Source: Octopus vulgaris
Taxonomy: Eukaryota
Length of the DNA stretch: 64,000 bases
Assembly: GCA_951406725.2 (NCBI GenBank)
Contig: OX597820.1
Location: forward strand, 51,770,001-51,834,000
Direction: 5' to 3'
Position numbers and translations under genes: made by a program
Shown: in pieces, positions 12,040 to 27,105 of the stretch
How the letters are laid out: the number at the start of each line of letters is the position of its first letter
Position numbering within the stretch: the first letter of the stretch is position 1
The notes under the pieces: generated by a model
The model's input: the letters and a program-made list of their open reading frames with translations, nothing else
What the model was told of the DNA's origin: nothing
The model's database searches: none

Positions 12040-15000
12040 GGTCACTTTTGAGGCTCTCACATGTGCTAATGATAACATGGAATCCAGTACAACCTGTTGC
12101 ATGGTCGGATTGTCAGCAAATAAACCGGCACCCTCATCAGGCTATCCTGGGGAGGAGGATTTCTAGACACCCAGCAATATTAAAAACAAGACATGTATAA
12201 AGATCGGATCAACCTAGTGCAGGCTCAACGGCTCCCTAGCAATATCAGAGTTACGCAGAATTTCCGGGATTGTATACGGCGTGCTAGAAGACCATTGAGA
12301 TTTTGGCACCAATCAGCTTTTTTTGAAGCATGTCGCTAGGAGAAGGTCACTCTGATACAAAACCAGATATGCAAGGAATGGCTTTGGACATGTTGGTGAT
12401 ATTTGGTTTGTGCTACACATTATGGCGCTCCCACAACTCTGAGCCTGCGAATCATATTGGTTCTGGCTTGAGTCTGGAAAATGTCAATAGAGTGGAAAGA
12501 GTCCATGAGGTGTCATGCAAACCTTATTCGAGCCAAATTTCTGCATAGGCATTGCTGACCTCTCCTCCATATGTGCTGCTTTTTTTCCTATATTTTTAAT
12601 TATTTTTAGTATATATGTATCTTTATTTTTAGAGTATATTTATTTTATTTTTATTCGAAAGTCATGCGGTGATGGGAATGGGACGAATCATGCAGACCTG
12701 AGGGATTGAAAGCTTGTAGTCAGCAACTTGAACGTAGGCAGCCTATGCTCGATATAAAGCCGTTTCCTTGTCGCCTAAGACAACGATAGGAAGCAAGGGA
12801 GGTTCTAGAAAAGGGAACCAAAAATGTCCATTCTCCTTGGGTATTTCAATGCTAGGTATGGAACAGACTGGCAAACATGGAACGCTCTCTAAGACGTTTT
12901 GGTGTAGGGAAAATGAATAGCAATAATCCCGTGCTGCTGGAGCTTTCTGATGGACATGGACTTTACATCGCAAGCACTCATTTTATAAATAAAGGTAATC
13001 ACACAACAACGTGGATGCATCCAACGGCCTAAAGTTTGGTAGTTGCTGCATTATGTCATCATCTGCAAGTGTGACATCTATGACATTTGTAATGTCAAGC
13101 CCTTTCATGTAATGCTGGACAGACCACTGTCTGGAGCGAGCACTCTTCCGGATGAGGATTAGAGTGAAAGAGAGTTGTCATTCTTCAGTTTCTGAATGTC
13201 CACAAGATATATGATGCTGTGTTGAGGAAAGAGCTTCTGACTCGCTCGTCCGCCACTGAAAATACAACAGTATGGCAAGATTTTCGAGACCAAGTTCTTC
13301 AATGTGCTGCTGATATACTGGGATATGCTACTGCCAGATACAAACACTGGTTTCATGAAAATGATCCTGATGTTGAAGGACAATTGGTTGTAAAGCTCCA
13401 TGACCACAATGTATTGCTGCACAGAGGAGTTTCAGCTGCGCAGCGAATTATAGCACTTGTCCTCTATAACAGTGTCAAATCACTACTGTTTTTCCCTCTC
13501 AGGAAATGCAGAACACTTCGTGGGAGTATCGTGCAAGTTGATGCAAATGACAGCAAGAAGATTACTGTCTTATGGAGCAAGCTTATGGGCGAAATAACTC
13601 TGCATTAGCTCCTTTGTTTTCCAAGGAGTCTTCTACTCTATATATACTAAGTCAGCAGAAAATACATGTCGCTGGATCGAACACTTCTTTGAACTGCTAA
13701 ACCATGACTTAGTCGTGGATGAAACAGTGATTGATGCTATGCAACAAAGTCCTGTCATTGGCTCCCTAAATTCCACGCCCTCAGTACATGAAGTAATGAC
13801 ATCAACAAGTAAATTGAATATTGGTAGAACACCTGGAAAGGATGGAATTTATGCTGTTGTGATTGCAACATACATTCCCTTCATGAACTTATTAGTGTAG
13901 TTTTGAGGGATGTTGAAATACCTAAGCACTGGAAGGATACAATTGCTCTTCCGCTTTATAAAGGAAATGGAAACAGAACAATTATGGAAATTACAGACCT
14001 GTTGTTCTACTATCAGCTGCTGGCAATATTCAGGTGAATATTCTTCTTACCTGCCTAAATGAGTGTTTCGTAAATGATCTCCTGTCTCAATGTCAACGTG
14101 GCTTTCGATCTGGCAGAGGTTCAATGGATATGATTTTAACAGCAAGATAGATGCAAGAGAACTGATATGAACAGAATATGGAACTTGTCCAGGTATTCAT
14201 TGATTTAACGAATGTCTTTGATACTGTGAATAGGGCCGTGCTATGGAAAATACTTGGCAAACTTGGATTTCCGGATCACTTTGTACCTATAAGTAAATCC
14301 CTTCATGATGGGGTGGTATTGGCATGGCAGGACCCATTCCTGTAGAGAATGGTGCCAATCAGGATGGCATCATTGCTCTAACTATCTTTCCTTTGTACAT
14401 TGCTGCTGGTTTTGTTACCTTTCTGAGAATATATGTCAGACATCGATCTTCTGGCCACCTACTTAGTCTATGCAATTTGCTCCAGATTCAAAAGTTTTCC
14501 AATCTCTTATTCGTGACCTCTTTTATGCAGATGACTGTGACTTAATCACTCATACAGTGGATGACATGCAAATACTTATTAATCACATTTCTGCTTCTGG
14601 TAAGGCATTTGGACTCAGAATTAGTCTGGGAAACATTGTTGATTAGTTCAAACTTGCACCAGGAAATTCATATATGGAACCAGCTATGTCATCATCCACA
14701 TGCGTGACATCTATCACATTTGTAATGTCAAGCCCTTTCATTGATCGGAATGCTGGACAGACCACAGCATGGTGCGAGCAATCTTCCGGATGAGGATTAG
14801 AGTGAAAGAGAGAAGCTATCTTGGTTGAAGGAACAATACTGAAAGTGATAGGCACGTTTGTCTACCTCATCCGTTATTGCGTCCTGGATGATGAAATATA
14901 TTTGAGGCTGCATCAAAATGTAAGCAAAAATTGCTGTATACCGTGAATGTGTACTGATACCGCTTCTTTACATATGTGACACATAGACCCTTTACAAAGG

Positions 15001-15240
15001 CCACGTAAGTGTCATTGAACGCTATCATGAGAGCACATATTCTGCATAAAGTATCTAAGTGTGCTGCTCGAAAGTTCATTGCTGGTGTAGTAAATGGGGA
15101 AAGTTTTTTTTGCAATGTTTGCAGTCGTGTATGCTTGTCAAGAGCAGGGCACATTAGCCATCAACGGAGTCGCAAATACCAAATGTAAGTTAATCCTAGA
15201 GCGCACAATGTTCCTCGGTTACAAGTGGAAGGGCATCATC
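12040..15240 (+). mobile_element. decayed RTE-clade LINE (AP endonuclease + RT + C-terminal Cys/His motif)
   Basis: EN remnants (TTWMHP ~13005), PSVHEV..KLNIGRTPGKDGI, NYRPVVLLS, QRGFRSGRGSMDMI, FIDLTNVFDTVNR, YADDC at ~14524, FCNVCSRVCLSRAGHISHQR near 15110. Many stops and frameshifts. Confidence 0.85.
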
Positions 15241-15421
15241 ATATATGAGTGAACTGTGGGTATGAAGCTTGCTTGCCAAACATGGGGCCGTCATTTCAGT
15301 ACCAATACGAAGTATCTTCGAAAAGATTCTTATCATATTCCGTCATGCCGAAACGCTTGAGAGGAGGAATTAATATCGAGGAATCGAAAGAAACATGTAG
15401 TGTGAGACTGTCTGTTTGTGA

Positions 15422-15472
<51 letters not shown>

Positions 15473-15475
<3 letters not shown>

Positions 15476-15670
15476 TTTTATTTGCCTCAGTCATTTGACT
15501 ACGGCCATGATGGAGCACCGCCTTTAGTCGAGCAAATCGACCCAGGACTTATTCTTTGTGAGCCTGGTACATATTCTCTCGGTCTCTCTTGCCGAACTGC
15601 TAAGTGACGAGGACATAAACACACCAGCATCTGTTGTCAAGCGATATTGGGGAAACAAACAAGCACAAAC
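15473..15670 (-). mobile_element. SINE 3' half
   Basis: CAGTCATTTGACTACGGCCATGATGGAGCACCGCC...GGACTTATTCTTTG...; same family as 5630-6050. Confidence 0.7.
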
Positions 15671-15679
15671 ATATGGATG

Positions 15680-16772
15680 GTTGTATATTTACAGATTTTT
15701 ATTAATATGTCACATGTTTTTATAAATCATATAAGAGCACTTGCATCTACTTTAGTACAATCTTCAGAGTCTGAGGATTCTACTGGAGTAGAGTTTGTTC
15801 GAACTAGTTGTGGACAACCAATCTCTTCGATCATTTGTGATGTGATCTTTGCAGTGTGGGGTCGTGCATCGTCTTGACGATACATCACTCAGATTCGATT
15901 CACTAGAGCGGGTCTTTTTTTCCCTTCAAAGCTTTCTTCAAACGCTCTAATTGCTGACAGTTGACTTGACCATTGATTGCTGCATTTGGTAGTAACAATT
16001 CAAAGTGAATTACTCCTTTTCACTCCCACCAGATAGAGAGAAGAAACTTTTCTCCATGAAGTTCCCTTCTTGGTTGTGGTTGAGCGTTTTTTTTTCACCA
16101 AGCCACTGCTTATGACGTTTAGCATTTCGATAGAAGATCCATTCTCGTCACCAGTCACAAGTCTATCCAGAATGGGTGAAAAGAATTCGCGAGAATGGAA
16201 AGAAGAGCAGATGTCAACTCGGGATTTGCGTTTGCTTTCGGACAATTCATGAGGTACCCATTTTCCAAGTTTAGTAAATTTTCCAAGCTATTGAAGATGA
16301 CGATGAGCAGTTGTATAATTTGAACTAGTTTTATTGTCAATTCTTCAACTGATAATGCAGGATTTTCTTTAAGGAATGCGTCAAGGAGCTTATGATCAAA
16401 CTCAACTGGACGTTCTGTTCGATCTTCAACTTCAACGCTGAAATCTCCAGAATTTGCAAACCATCTTCTTCAAGTTCTTTCATTCAAGCATTTTCCCCCA
16501 TAAACTGAGTACGTTTCGAGTCGCTTCGGCCGTAGTGATGCCATTTTTGTACTCATAAAGCATTATGTACTGCAAATTCTCTTTGGATACTTAGAAAGGG
16601 TTTTAATTAATGAAATTTTAATTCTATTATTCTGTAAAATAATATTTAATTAGTTTAAATGAACACAAATGCATAAAAATAATTTTTAATTCCATTAGAC
16701 AATCTAAAATATTAAATTTCATTCAATTTTTAAAAAAGTAAAATCGGACAGAACTTAAGACATGAGCTGATA
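15680..16772 (-). mobile_element. decayed mariner transposon (one TIR visible)
   Basis: Minus-strand WVPHELSESKRKSRVDICSS..ILDRLVTGDE, QDDARPH near 15870, mariner-like terminus TATCAGCTCATGTCTTAAGTTCTGTCCG at ~16745-16772. Confidence 0.8.
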
Positions 16773-17033
16773 TATATATATATATATGTATATATACAAA
16801 GAGAGAGAAAGAGACAGAGAGGTAGATACGCAACACACACACACATGCAATTAAATAAATAGACAGAGATATATAGGTAGACAGAATTACAGATACATTT
16901 ATTTACTGACATGCTCAAGCTTATTGCTTATCTATTAGTAAGCGGCAATACAGTGAAATGGGAATACAGTTATAGTATTTCGTACATGAACATAAAGTTT
17001 ATTCACGTATATATATAAATCTCTATGTATATA

Positions 17034-17350
17034 TGGCTCAGTGCTTAGAGCGTCGAGCTTCCGATCATGAGGTTCTGAATTCGATTCCAGGTCCAGGCTG
17101 CGTGTTGTGATCTTGAGCAAGACACATTATTTCACGTTGCTCCAGTTAGCTTATCAGTAGAACTGAATTGCGACATCACCGGTGAAGAGCTGTATCGGCC
17201 TCTGCATTTCCCTTCGAGAACATCAGTAGGAAGGAGAAGGAAGGAGAGAGTGCATGGCGACACCTGGTCTTCCATAACCAACCTTGCCTGGACTTGTACC
17301 TCGGAGTGTGACGTTCTAGGTGCAATACCATAGTCATTCATGCGCGAAGG
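17034..17350 (+). mobile_element. tRNA-derived CORE-SINE
   Basis: TGGCTCAGTGCTTAGAGCG (A box), AATTCGATTCC (B box), TGTGATCTTGAGCAAGACAC CORE-like motif. Confidence 0.7.
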
Positions 17351-17475
17351 AGGTCTCCTCATACATATATAGATATATACCCATACCTATATATACAGAT
17401 ATAGATGTATAAACATATGTATACATACATATAATTATATATACATAGATACGTACAGAACCACATACACTTACA

Positions 17476-17525
<50 letters not shown>

Positions 17526-17592
17526 TATGTATGTATGGCAATATGTATGTGGGTGCTTGAAAGTGCACGCGTACGTATATATGTGTGGACGT

Positions 17593-17650
<58 letters not shown>

Positions 17651-17688
17651 TATTTATATGTATTTGTATTTATATATATACATACATA

Positions 17689-17752
<64 letters not shown>

Positions 17753-18226
17753 GTGTATTTCAACATAAAGCACGCTTACATCAAGGTCCGTAATCACATA
17801 GAGATTAATAAATCAGATTACTGTTAAGGCAGTGTAGATAAGTAATTATTAGTTCTATCGCTGCAGCATAAAGGGACAGATTTTAATTAATTTCTCAGTG
17901 CCATAATTAAAAACGAACATCATAGACGTGTTGAAAAAACTAGAAGAAAATATATTGATTGATAAACAAAGGCAAAATGTAAACATAATATTGGCTTCGG
18001 TAAACAGACAGCTTTCTGAACATAAATTATTATGCTTCATTACCCATATTACAGCTGATCAACAGTTTTACGTGTGATATGTATATGCATACATACATAC
18101 ACAAACACACTCACACACATAAATACCTATACATACACACACACACACACATATATATATATATGTATCTGTGTGTACATATATATACATGTATAGATAT
18201 AAATGTACACACATACCACGCGTATG

Positions 18227-18399
<173 letters not shown>

Positions 18400-18697
18400 A
18401 AAACACGAAGCGTAACGTATTATTAACAAGGCACACAAAATTATATATTATACGGACGCACAAACGCTGAGTTAAGACATTCACTCACAGACATACAAGT
18501 ACGCAAGCGTGAATGGCTGTACTTCGAATTGTATGGATGTTTGCATGCTGTTAGGTTATATATATATATTATATACAAATGTGTGTGTGCGCAAGTGAGT
18601 TTTTCTGTGTGTGTTTGTATGCAAATATATACATGTATTCATGTGAGAATATATATAAATATATATGTGTGTGTGTGTGTATTTGTGTGTTTGTGCG

Positions 18698-18733
<36 letters not shown>

Positions 18734-18768
18734 TTATTTATTTATTTATATACATATATATACGTAAA

Positions 18769-18825
<57 letters not shown>

Positions 18826-19084
18826 TGCTGTGTATATGTATTCTTATATGCATTCTTATATGCATATATCTACTTAAATACAAATACACAGAGAGATACA
18901 TAGATGAAATGATCGACAGATACAACGGGGAGCGGAATAGGGAAGTACTGAAATACAAACATACAGAGCAGGGTATTGATACGGATACATACCTCCCTGC
19001 GTGTTTATAAACTGTATATATGTGAGTTTATGCATTTTTCTCGGTAGTGTACAAAATAAAATATAATTTGAAGTAAAAAAATTC

Positions 19085-19115
<31 letters not shown>

Positions 19116-19453
19116 CATACATACATGGTCTATGGGCAGTAGCTCACCCAGTTCAAGGCTCACACATTGTTTACACATTAATAGATGGTCAAGATTTTCT
19201 GCCTCCAGTTTGAAGAATGGCTATAAACCCACGGCCAATGGAATCTAACGCCCTGTCTCTAAGGCTAAGCCTTTTATGGATGCGAAAAAATTGGTCACTA
19301 TAACCAAGCATATATTTAACTATATGTGAATATGCAGATAGATACACATATACTTAAATGTATACATAGACAACTAGATAAATAGGTACACATATATAGA
19401 CACATATATGTATGGGTACATATTACGTATACATAAAATTATATATGAATATA

Positions 19454-20744
19454 CGAGGGGCGTTCAATAAGTAATGCCCCTGATCAACTTCCCATAGCAG
19501 TAGAGCAACGAAACTTGGCACAGTTATTAGTCTTTGTCAACATAGGAACAACCCAGAGTTACGCATTTCTCCCATCGTTTGATGCAGCTCTGGAGACCGT
19601 TTTCGTAGAAGACCCCAGCTTAGTCCTCCAACCACGACGTGACTTCAGAAATCAAGGCTGCATCATCTGGGAAACGCTTTCCTTTCAAAAACAACTTCAT
19701 GGCTGGGAAGAGGTGAAAATCAGAGGGTGCAAGGTCAGGAGAGTAGGGGGATGGGGGAAGAGTTCATAGCCGCACGCCTGTGCTTCTGATCTGGTGACAT
19801 GCGAGTTGTGGACCGGAGCGTTGTCCTGCAAGAGGAGGATGCCTTTGCTGATCTTGCCCCGCCTCTTGGTTTTGATAGCTTCTCTTAATTTCCTCAGAAG
19901 TGAAGCATGATAGGCTCCTGTAATTGTGGTACCCTTTGCAAGGAAATCTGTCATCACTACTCCGTCCTGTCCCAGAAGACTGTGAGCATGACTTTGCCAG
20001 CGGAGGGCTGCACCCTTGCCTTCTTTGGAGGAGGTGAGTCATGGAGCTTCCACTGCATTGACTGGGCTTTGGTCTCTGGATCATAGTGATGGACTCAGGT
20101 CTCATCCTGTGTAATCAGACTTTTGAAAGATTTTGACTCATCTTCTTGGCACATCCCTATGTTCATCCTCGAGCACTCGACGCGTTCTTGCTTCTGGAAA
20201 AGTGTGAGCAACCTGGGAATCCACCTGGCAGACACCTTTTGCATATGCAAATGGTCATGAATGGTAGTTTCCACAGACCCGGTAATAATCTTGACATCAT
20301 GGGCTATTTGGCGAATAGTTATGCGCCGATCTTTCAAAATGGCAGCCTCAACTTGACGGACAGATGCCTCATCAATGGCAGAAGGGGTGCGACCAGATCT
20401 GGGAGCTGTTTCCACAGAGTTCCGACCATGTTTGAATTCACGATGCCAGCGTTTTACAAGGTCATATGATGGGGCATCATCACCATAAGTTACTTTCATT
20501 TCATCAAAAGTCTCCTGTGGTGTGCGTCATTTCAAATACAAAAACCCGATCACTGCTCGACACTCAACAGGCTCCATTTCCCACTTGACTCATTTCAAAC
20601 ACCTGTAAATCAGAAACCACAATTAGTTCGGAGCTGTAATTTGCCACGTAATTTATAGAAATATCAATAATTGCACATGCAAAATTCCAGCTAGATCAAA
20701 CAACGGCAAGTGGGTCAGGGGCATTACTTATTGAACGCCCCTCG
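19454..20744 (-). mobile_element. full-length mariner transposon (irritans-like), 1291 bp
   Basis: Perfect 30-bp TIRs CGAGGGGCGTTCAATAAGTAATGCCCCTGA at both ends, TA duplication at 19452-53 and 20745-46. Confidence 0.95.
19527..20577 (-). pseudogene. mariner DD34D transposase, frameshifted
   Basis: MEPVECRAVI start, HTH (APSYDLVKRWHREFKHGR..PRSGR), WIPRLL, ITQDET, LLQDNAPVH. Split across ORFs 20095-20499 and 19697-19957. Confidence 0.9.
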
Positions 20745-21225
20745 TATATTATATAAACAAAGAGAAAGGTATGTTATTAAACTATTAAGAAAGATCTAAA
20801 CAGTCATAATAAATTATACTTATGTTTGTTACTTAAATATAAATTGCATATTTATTGCACATGCCTTTACGTAGTTAGGGTAATGTTGAATGGATCATAC
20901 TCTGTATTATTTCCACGGCGCATATGATATTTTGAAGTATAATTTTATTTAATTTCTAATGTGTTTACTACGACTAATAACGTATCCTGCAGCCACTGTG
21001 CACTGCTTTTTACTTAGTTAAGATTAAAGACAAACAGAAAACTTACGAATGGAAAACTCATTACATGTAATGTAGTGATCTTCTTGAAAAACGAAAAGGT
21101 GTATAAATAACACGAACCAGTATTTATGGTTTCATAAAGTTAGCAGATGTCTTTAGTAGTATTCTTTAGTGTAAGAGTACATATTTTCATTTTTGTTGAT
21201 GTAAGAAAACGTACATTCGTTTTCA

Positions 21226-21270
<45 letters not shown>

Positions 21271-24200
21271 CATCAGTGTGTTGCTTCTCTGGCGCACAGG
21301 ATTTCCAGGCGAATTATAATTAACATCTATGGCTATAGATGAAAATCAGACTTGCAAGAGTTTTACTCGAGCAAAATAAAAAAGAAAGACATCATTAATA
21401 CCTGCAATCGGATTGTTTCTCCGAAAGTCAACATTTACTGTGTGTGCGCGAGTGTGCGCATTTTTGTATTTATATATGCATGTGTATGTACGGAACTTGC
21501 ATTGCTTCAATGAATGTTCATTTTCATATCAAGTTCGAATTATCGTGGTAAATTTAGAGGGGATTTTTGTCATAGTACTCATGGACATGACGGAAGCTCT
21601 TTCCTTTTCACCATGTTATGTATAAGAATCTCAAAACACATATATGCTGAAAATGACGTATAGGAGACTGCTGAATACGGTGAAGCGGAGGTAAAATATT
21701 TTATCCGATGTCAAGCTCGATCAACGCGACATTCCATCTCTATCAATACCGTACTAGAAAATTGTAGAACATTATGAAATGGCTTGGTAAATGTTGAGCT
21801 TGAATTTGTGGCTATTTATATCAGGTGAACCGATCAAATAGAAGCATTTCCTCATCTATGTTTTGTTACTTCCACACTAAGTCGAAACAAAAGGGGCTTT
21901 CTATGTATAGTGGCTTTCTATGTATGATGCTTCATATCTAAATGCCATCTATAGTGTTGCAAATTGTAACTTCAAATGCGCATAACACTTATAATTTAAG
22001 GAATATTTATATATTTACGCTTGGTGCGGGAAGTTGTATTTTTCTGCTCCGGCATTATTCTCATACAGAAAGAATGAAGGATAAAACGATTTTCTATTAT
22101 AAATGTGAATGAACAAAAGAAACAGAATCATAATAATGTGTCCCTAACCTTTCTAAATGAACCTTTTTTCCATGCAGTTGCATATCTCCCATGTTCAGAA
22201 CAGGCTGTTGAGCTACTTCATGTCAGGTTATCTCGTCTGCTATGACAATCATAGCCGTAATATTATTCTGTGAGGCACAGAAATGTTTAATACATTGCAT
22301 TATCATTCGTGTGCTGAGTTTTCTATAGGATGAAATAATATCGTTAACCTTAGTGAGTGGCTTGGCAGTTTGACTTTGGAGAAACGTATGAGCATAAACC
22401 TCATTCAGAGAGAATAAGATATATTACGCCATCCTATAGAAAGTAAATGGGCTCTTTATTATAAATCTGAAACAAACAAAACCAAAAATAAGTGTATAAC
22501 ATACGTACAAATGTCTATGTGTGTTTGATGTGCGCGTGTGTGTGTGTGTGTGTGTGTATACACTCAGAAACACGTACACACACAGACACAGACACACACA
22601 CATATTAGTCAATTAAGTACAAGAATGGCTATTAAACTGATTCTATATAATCTCCCTGTTTAATGTTTATAATTTCAGTTATTTTAGTTATGATATCATA
22701 CGACATAAAAATTATATCATACGACATAAAAATATCGTTTATAAACGTCCCCCCATCATGTCCCTAATAGATTTCCCAATATTAGTAACTGAAGTTTCTT
22801 AGCGTGTTGCCCCTTTAACTGGTAATTAACATCATGATTTAAAGCCTACACCTAACCTGGCTCTTATTTATAGACAGTTCCTTCTATTGAATTTACTCTT
22901 CCTAATGTCTTATCTCCTTTCTCTTGGGGAAAACGGATACCTATGATAATATTTATGACCATAGTTAGCCGACACTTTCTTGTTCTTTATTATTCAAAAT
23001 AGTCGCAGTCTTCTAATCTCAGTTTAAATAGATGATAAAGAGATAAATAAATTAAAAATGAATTACGACCCTTACAACCCTATGACCCCACTATGCTCCA
23101 TGTGATTCTAAGATATTGTAGTCTATTCTTAGCCACTTTGCTACAATAGCGACAACATGAATTTCTTCCATCTTCTTTGTTAAAATATTTAAGAAAACTT
23201 ATATTAATGTCCTACTTCTTGAAAAATTCCATAATTTCTGCAGCTGAAGATAGCACTGCATTTAAATTGATGTAATGCTTGCATTGTTCAAGTAAATGGA
23301 GTCGCTTGAAACGGTCGTACTCCCTTAAATTCTTGACATCCTGTTGTCTATTTTCTTTTTATACATATACATATATATTTATATATACTTGGTTGTGAAA
23401 TCACATACTCATACACACATACAGTTTGATCAGTATCTGATTGGGGGGAACTATGGATGTATCAAACAAGGATAAGTTCGAAGAGTGATATTTTGTTTTG
23501 CATGTGTTGCAATTTGTTGAACTTGTTTCTTGATTTTTTGCTTCTTTCTACGTCTCTAACAGTCCATTTCTTTGCTTCTTTCACACTCATATCTTCACAA
23601 ACACGCATACACATACAGACTATCACACTCCTCTCCTTTTAGATATTATATGATGGAAAACTGTAGTTATTAAAATTTCCAATTTATTAGTCCTCTCTCT
23701 TTCACATATCACGGAAGAAATGCTTTCTTCTTTAATGGATTCACTTTTAAATTTTGATATCTTGAAATTAACTCAAGTGTTTTAATCCGCTTAATTGTTG
23801 TTATAGTTATATTTGTACGAGTGGTTGGTTTTTTGAGTGTGTGTATAAGAGATTGTGTGTGTACGTGAGTATGTGCGTGCGCGAGCATGCGTGCTTTTGT
23901 GTGCCAGGCAGTGTTATAGACGAAGTCACGGTTCAGATGTTTTGTTCGCAAATATTGTTCGGCAACATACGCTTCGACACATGTCCACTGTTGTGTCACG
24001 CTCGATCAACTTATGAACTGGGTTAAAATTACTAAAGAATACTCAATCATTTCATACGCTCTTTTGCTAAGTAGGTCATCCCACAATTCTGATATAATTT
24101 CATTCGTTCTATATTTCATTCACTCATATTTTAAGCGATGTACTGTATTACAAGAAAACATATAAATTTTCTTCTTTTGTTAGAATATAAAGTTATTTTC

Positions 24201-25562
24201 TAAATTCACAAAATAAAAATTATCTTTAAACACGATTTTAAATGACTTGCACATAGAAAAGCTTGGAAACTTTTAACTTTGGGCATAATCTACATTATAA
24301 TAAAAATTACACGCATAATTATAGAATTCTATATAAGAAAACATTTATTTCAACGTAAAATAGAATTGCCACTATATATATTCCTCACCAGGTACCGCAA
24401 TGTCTGGCTAAATGTCTATATATGTATATAAATATATGCACGTGTCTTTGTATGCATGCATAGAAGCACATGTATATGTATATATGACTATAAGCACGCA
24501 CATATATTTATGTGTGTATGTATGTGTTTGGATACGTAACCATTCTCACTTCAATATATATGTGTATACCGAGTATGTTATTGTGATTATGATATTGCTT
24601 AAAATTAATCTATCTTTATTAACGATCTTTGATATTTCTTTAGTAGATATTCATGTCTAAATAGGAAATGAACAATAATCGAATGATACTTTGTACGAAT
24701 AATCTATTGTACATATAGACATGTTAGCATACTGAACTATTGTACACGGACAAAAAATTGGCTACCGCAAGCATGACAGTAAAGACAGTAAATTAGTCTA
24801 AATAAGAGACATTAATATCTACATGAACATGTGTGTTATGGAAAATATATTTTCATTGTTATAACACTCACAAAGTTGGACACATTTATTACAATATAAA
24901 ATTAACAGTAAGAATGTTATTAGAAAGTTAGCAGAAAGAAAATATTTACTGTAGCTCAAAGCCACGATCCTGAATACTAGAAACCTTACTATCACTGCCC
25001 AACATTTAATACATATAGCGTCAATGTAAACTTTCGAGTTTATGATTCAAAATATATTAAAACGCATTTCCTGGTGGTCGTACCAGTCATGTACAGCAAG
25101 GTATCGTTACAGCTAGTTAAAATGAAAGACTAAGAGGATGATATCAGTTCATAATATCATTATAATACACAGAATTCCACATGAATGGAGATTAGATGAA
25201 AATGAGTTTTTAATTGCAAATTGTGACCAAAAGCAATGGATAGATACAGAGCTTGTATAATTAATTAAGAATATAATATGATTGCTAAAAATGTCTTGAA
25301 ATTAAGTGTGAAGCAAATTTTATGAACACCGTTTTATATCTACCAGATACAATATCATTGCACGATATCTTTCACCTATCAATAAGAGGCGTTGGAATTG
25401 ACTATAAGCATACAAAACTCGTGATTGTAAACTTAAGGAGTTAGAAGAGCCATAAGGAAATATAGAACTTACTCATAAATATATTAAACAAAACCACTGT
25501 TGAATATGTAATATAAATATTTGAAAGGACAGACACTAAGGTGTGCTTGCGCGTACGAGTAT

Positions 25563-25603
<41 letters not shown>

Positions 25604-25751
25604 GGAGAGAGACACGGATATAGAGACAGAGACAGTGGTAGAGAGTGCTAGAGAGAGAGTAAGAAAGAGAAGTCGAAGAGTAGTAAAGAAGACAGCACGT
25701 AGGCATGAACCGGTGTTTCCGAAAGTAAATCCATCAATATTTTTGCTATCT

Positions 25752-25955
25752 AAGGCAACGAGGTAGGAGAATCGTCGGACAAAATGCTTAGTGGCATTAC
25801 GTCAGGTTTTGTGTTTTGAGTGCAAGTGCTGCCAAGGTTGACTTTACCTTAAATCCTTTCGATGTCGATTAAAATAAGAAACGGATGAGATTTAAACGAC
25901 TTAGCCCCTTCCTCCACAAGTACGAACTTCCTGGCTTGTTGACAAATTTTGAAAG
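25752..25955 (+). mobile_element. degenerate Nin/Deu-like SINE
   Basis: AAGGCAACGAG head, GTTGACTTTACCTTAAATCCTTTCGATGTCGAT core similar to 2318-2626. Confidence 0.55.
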
Positions 25956-26249
25956 CAAAGTGTTCATTATTTTCCAGAGGTATATAATTTCATATGTATT
26001 ATATCTGGACATTTCAAAAGAATGTTTAACTTCTGTTCAGCTCCACTTTCCGTGCAGTGACACTTTTGTAGGTATCTCATTATTTCAACTGTTTGCCAGA
26101 CTTGCACGTGTTACACCTCGGTATCAACCGTGTGCAGGTGTAAAACAATTATCTTATGCGAGTTTTCTTGACTTAAGCTGATTCCGGTACTTCATGCATA
26201 TGGATGGGTGTGTGTTTGTATATATATATATGCATGTATGTATGTATTT

Positions 26250-26287
<38 letters not shown>

Positions 26288-26293
26288 ATATCT

Positions 26294-26354
<61 letters not shown>

Positions 26355-26356
<2 letters not shown>

Positions 26357-26735
26357 GGTGGCTCTGTGGTAAAGAAGCTTCCATGCCAACCAAATGATTC
26401 CGGGATTAGTCTCACTGCGTTGCATGTTCGGTGTCTTCTACTGTAACCTCTGTCCGAATGTATTGCGAATGAACTCGGTGGACGGAAATTGAAAGAAGCC
26501 TGTATGAGTGTATGAGCGTGTATGAGTGTGTTTCTATCTATGCCCCACCCCATCATCAGTGCTTGATAACCGGGGTTAGTGTTTCCGTCGCAGTAAACTA
26601 GCAGTTCAGCAAAATAGACCGATAGAATAAGTACAAGGCTTAAAGCATAAGTCCTGGGATTGATTTCTTCGATAACACACTTCCAGGCAATGCTCCAGCA
26701 CAGCCAGAGCCATATGACTGTAACATATAGTAGAA
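26355..26735 (+). mobile_element. tRNA-derived (CORE-like) SINE
   Basis: GTGGCTCTGTGGTAAAGAAG head, GGAAATTGAAAGAAGCC, AGAATAAGTAC..ATAAGTCCTGGG..GCTCCAGCA..ATGACTG tail; reverse of 5630-6050. Confidence 0.7.
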
Positions 26736-26842
26736 TGAATGAATAAAAGAATATATATATATATATATGTATGTATATACACATATATATACATACATAC
26801 ATGCATATATATATACAAACATATAAATACATACATACATGA

Positions 26843-26899
<57 letters not shown>

Positions 26900-26949
26900 C
26901 ATATATATATACCATTGCATATATATATCTATATTCATACATATATATT

Positions 26950-27105
26950 AGGCTAGAAGTGGGAAATTGTTTTGGCCGATGACACTCCATTGACCTTAAA
27001 TAAGGCATATGTCAAATGAATGAAATTGGTGGTTAGTTCTCGAGTTTTAGTGACGCACATATACAGACAGACACACACACATTCTCAGTTTTTTATATAT
27101 ATATA
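26950..27105 (-). mobile_element. non-autonomous Helitron-like 5' fragment
   Basis: Minus strand TATATATAAAAAACTGAGAATGTGTG..TGTCTGTCTGTA..ACTAAAACTCGAGAACT..CCAATTTCATTC resembles invertebrate Helitron-N 5' ends. Confidence 0.4.
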
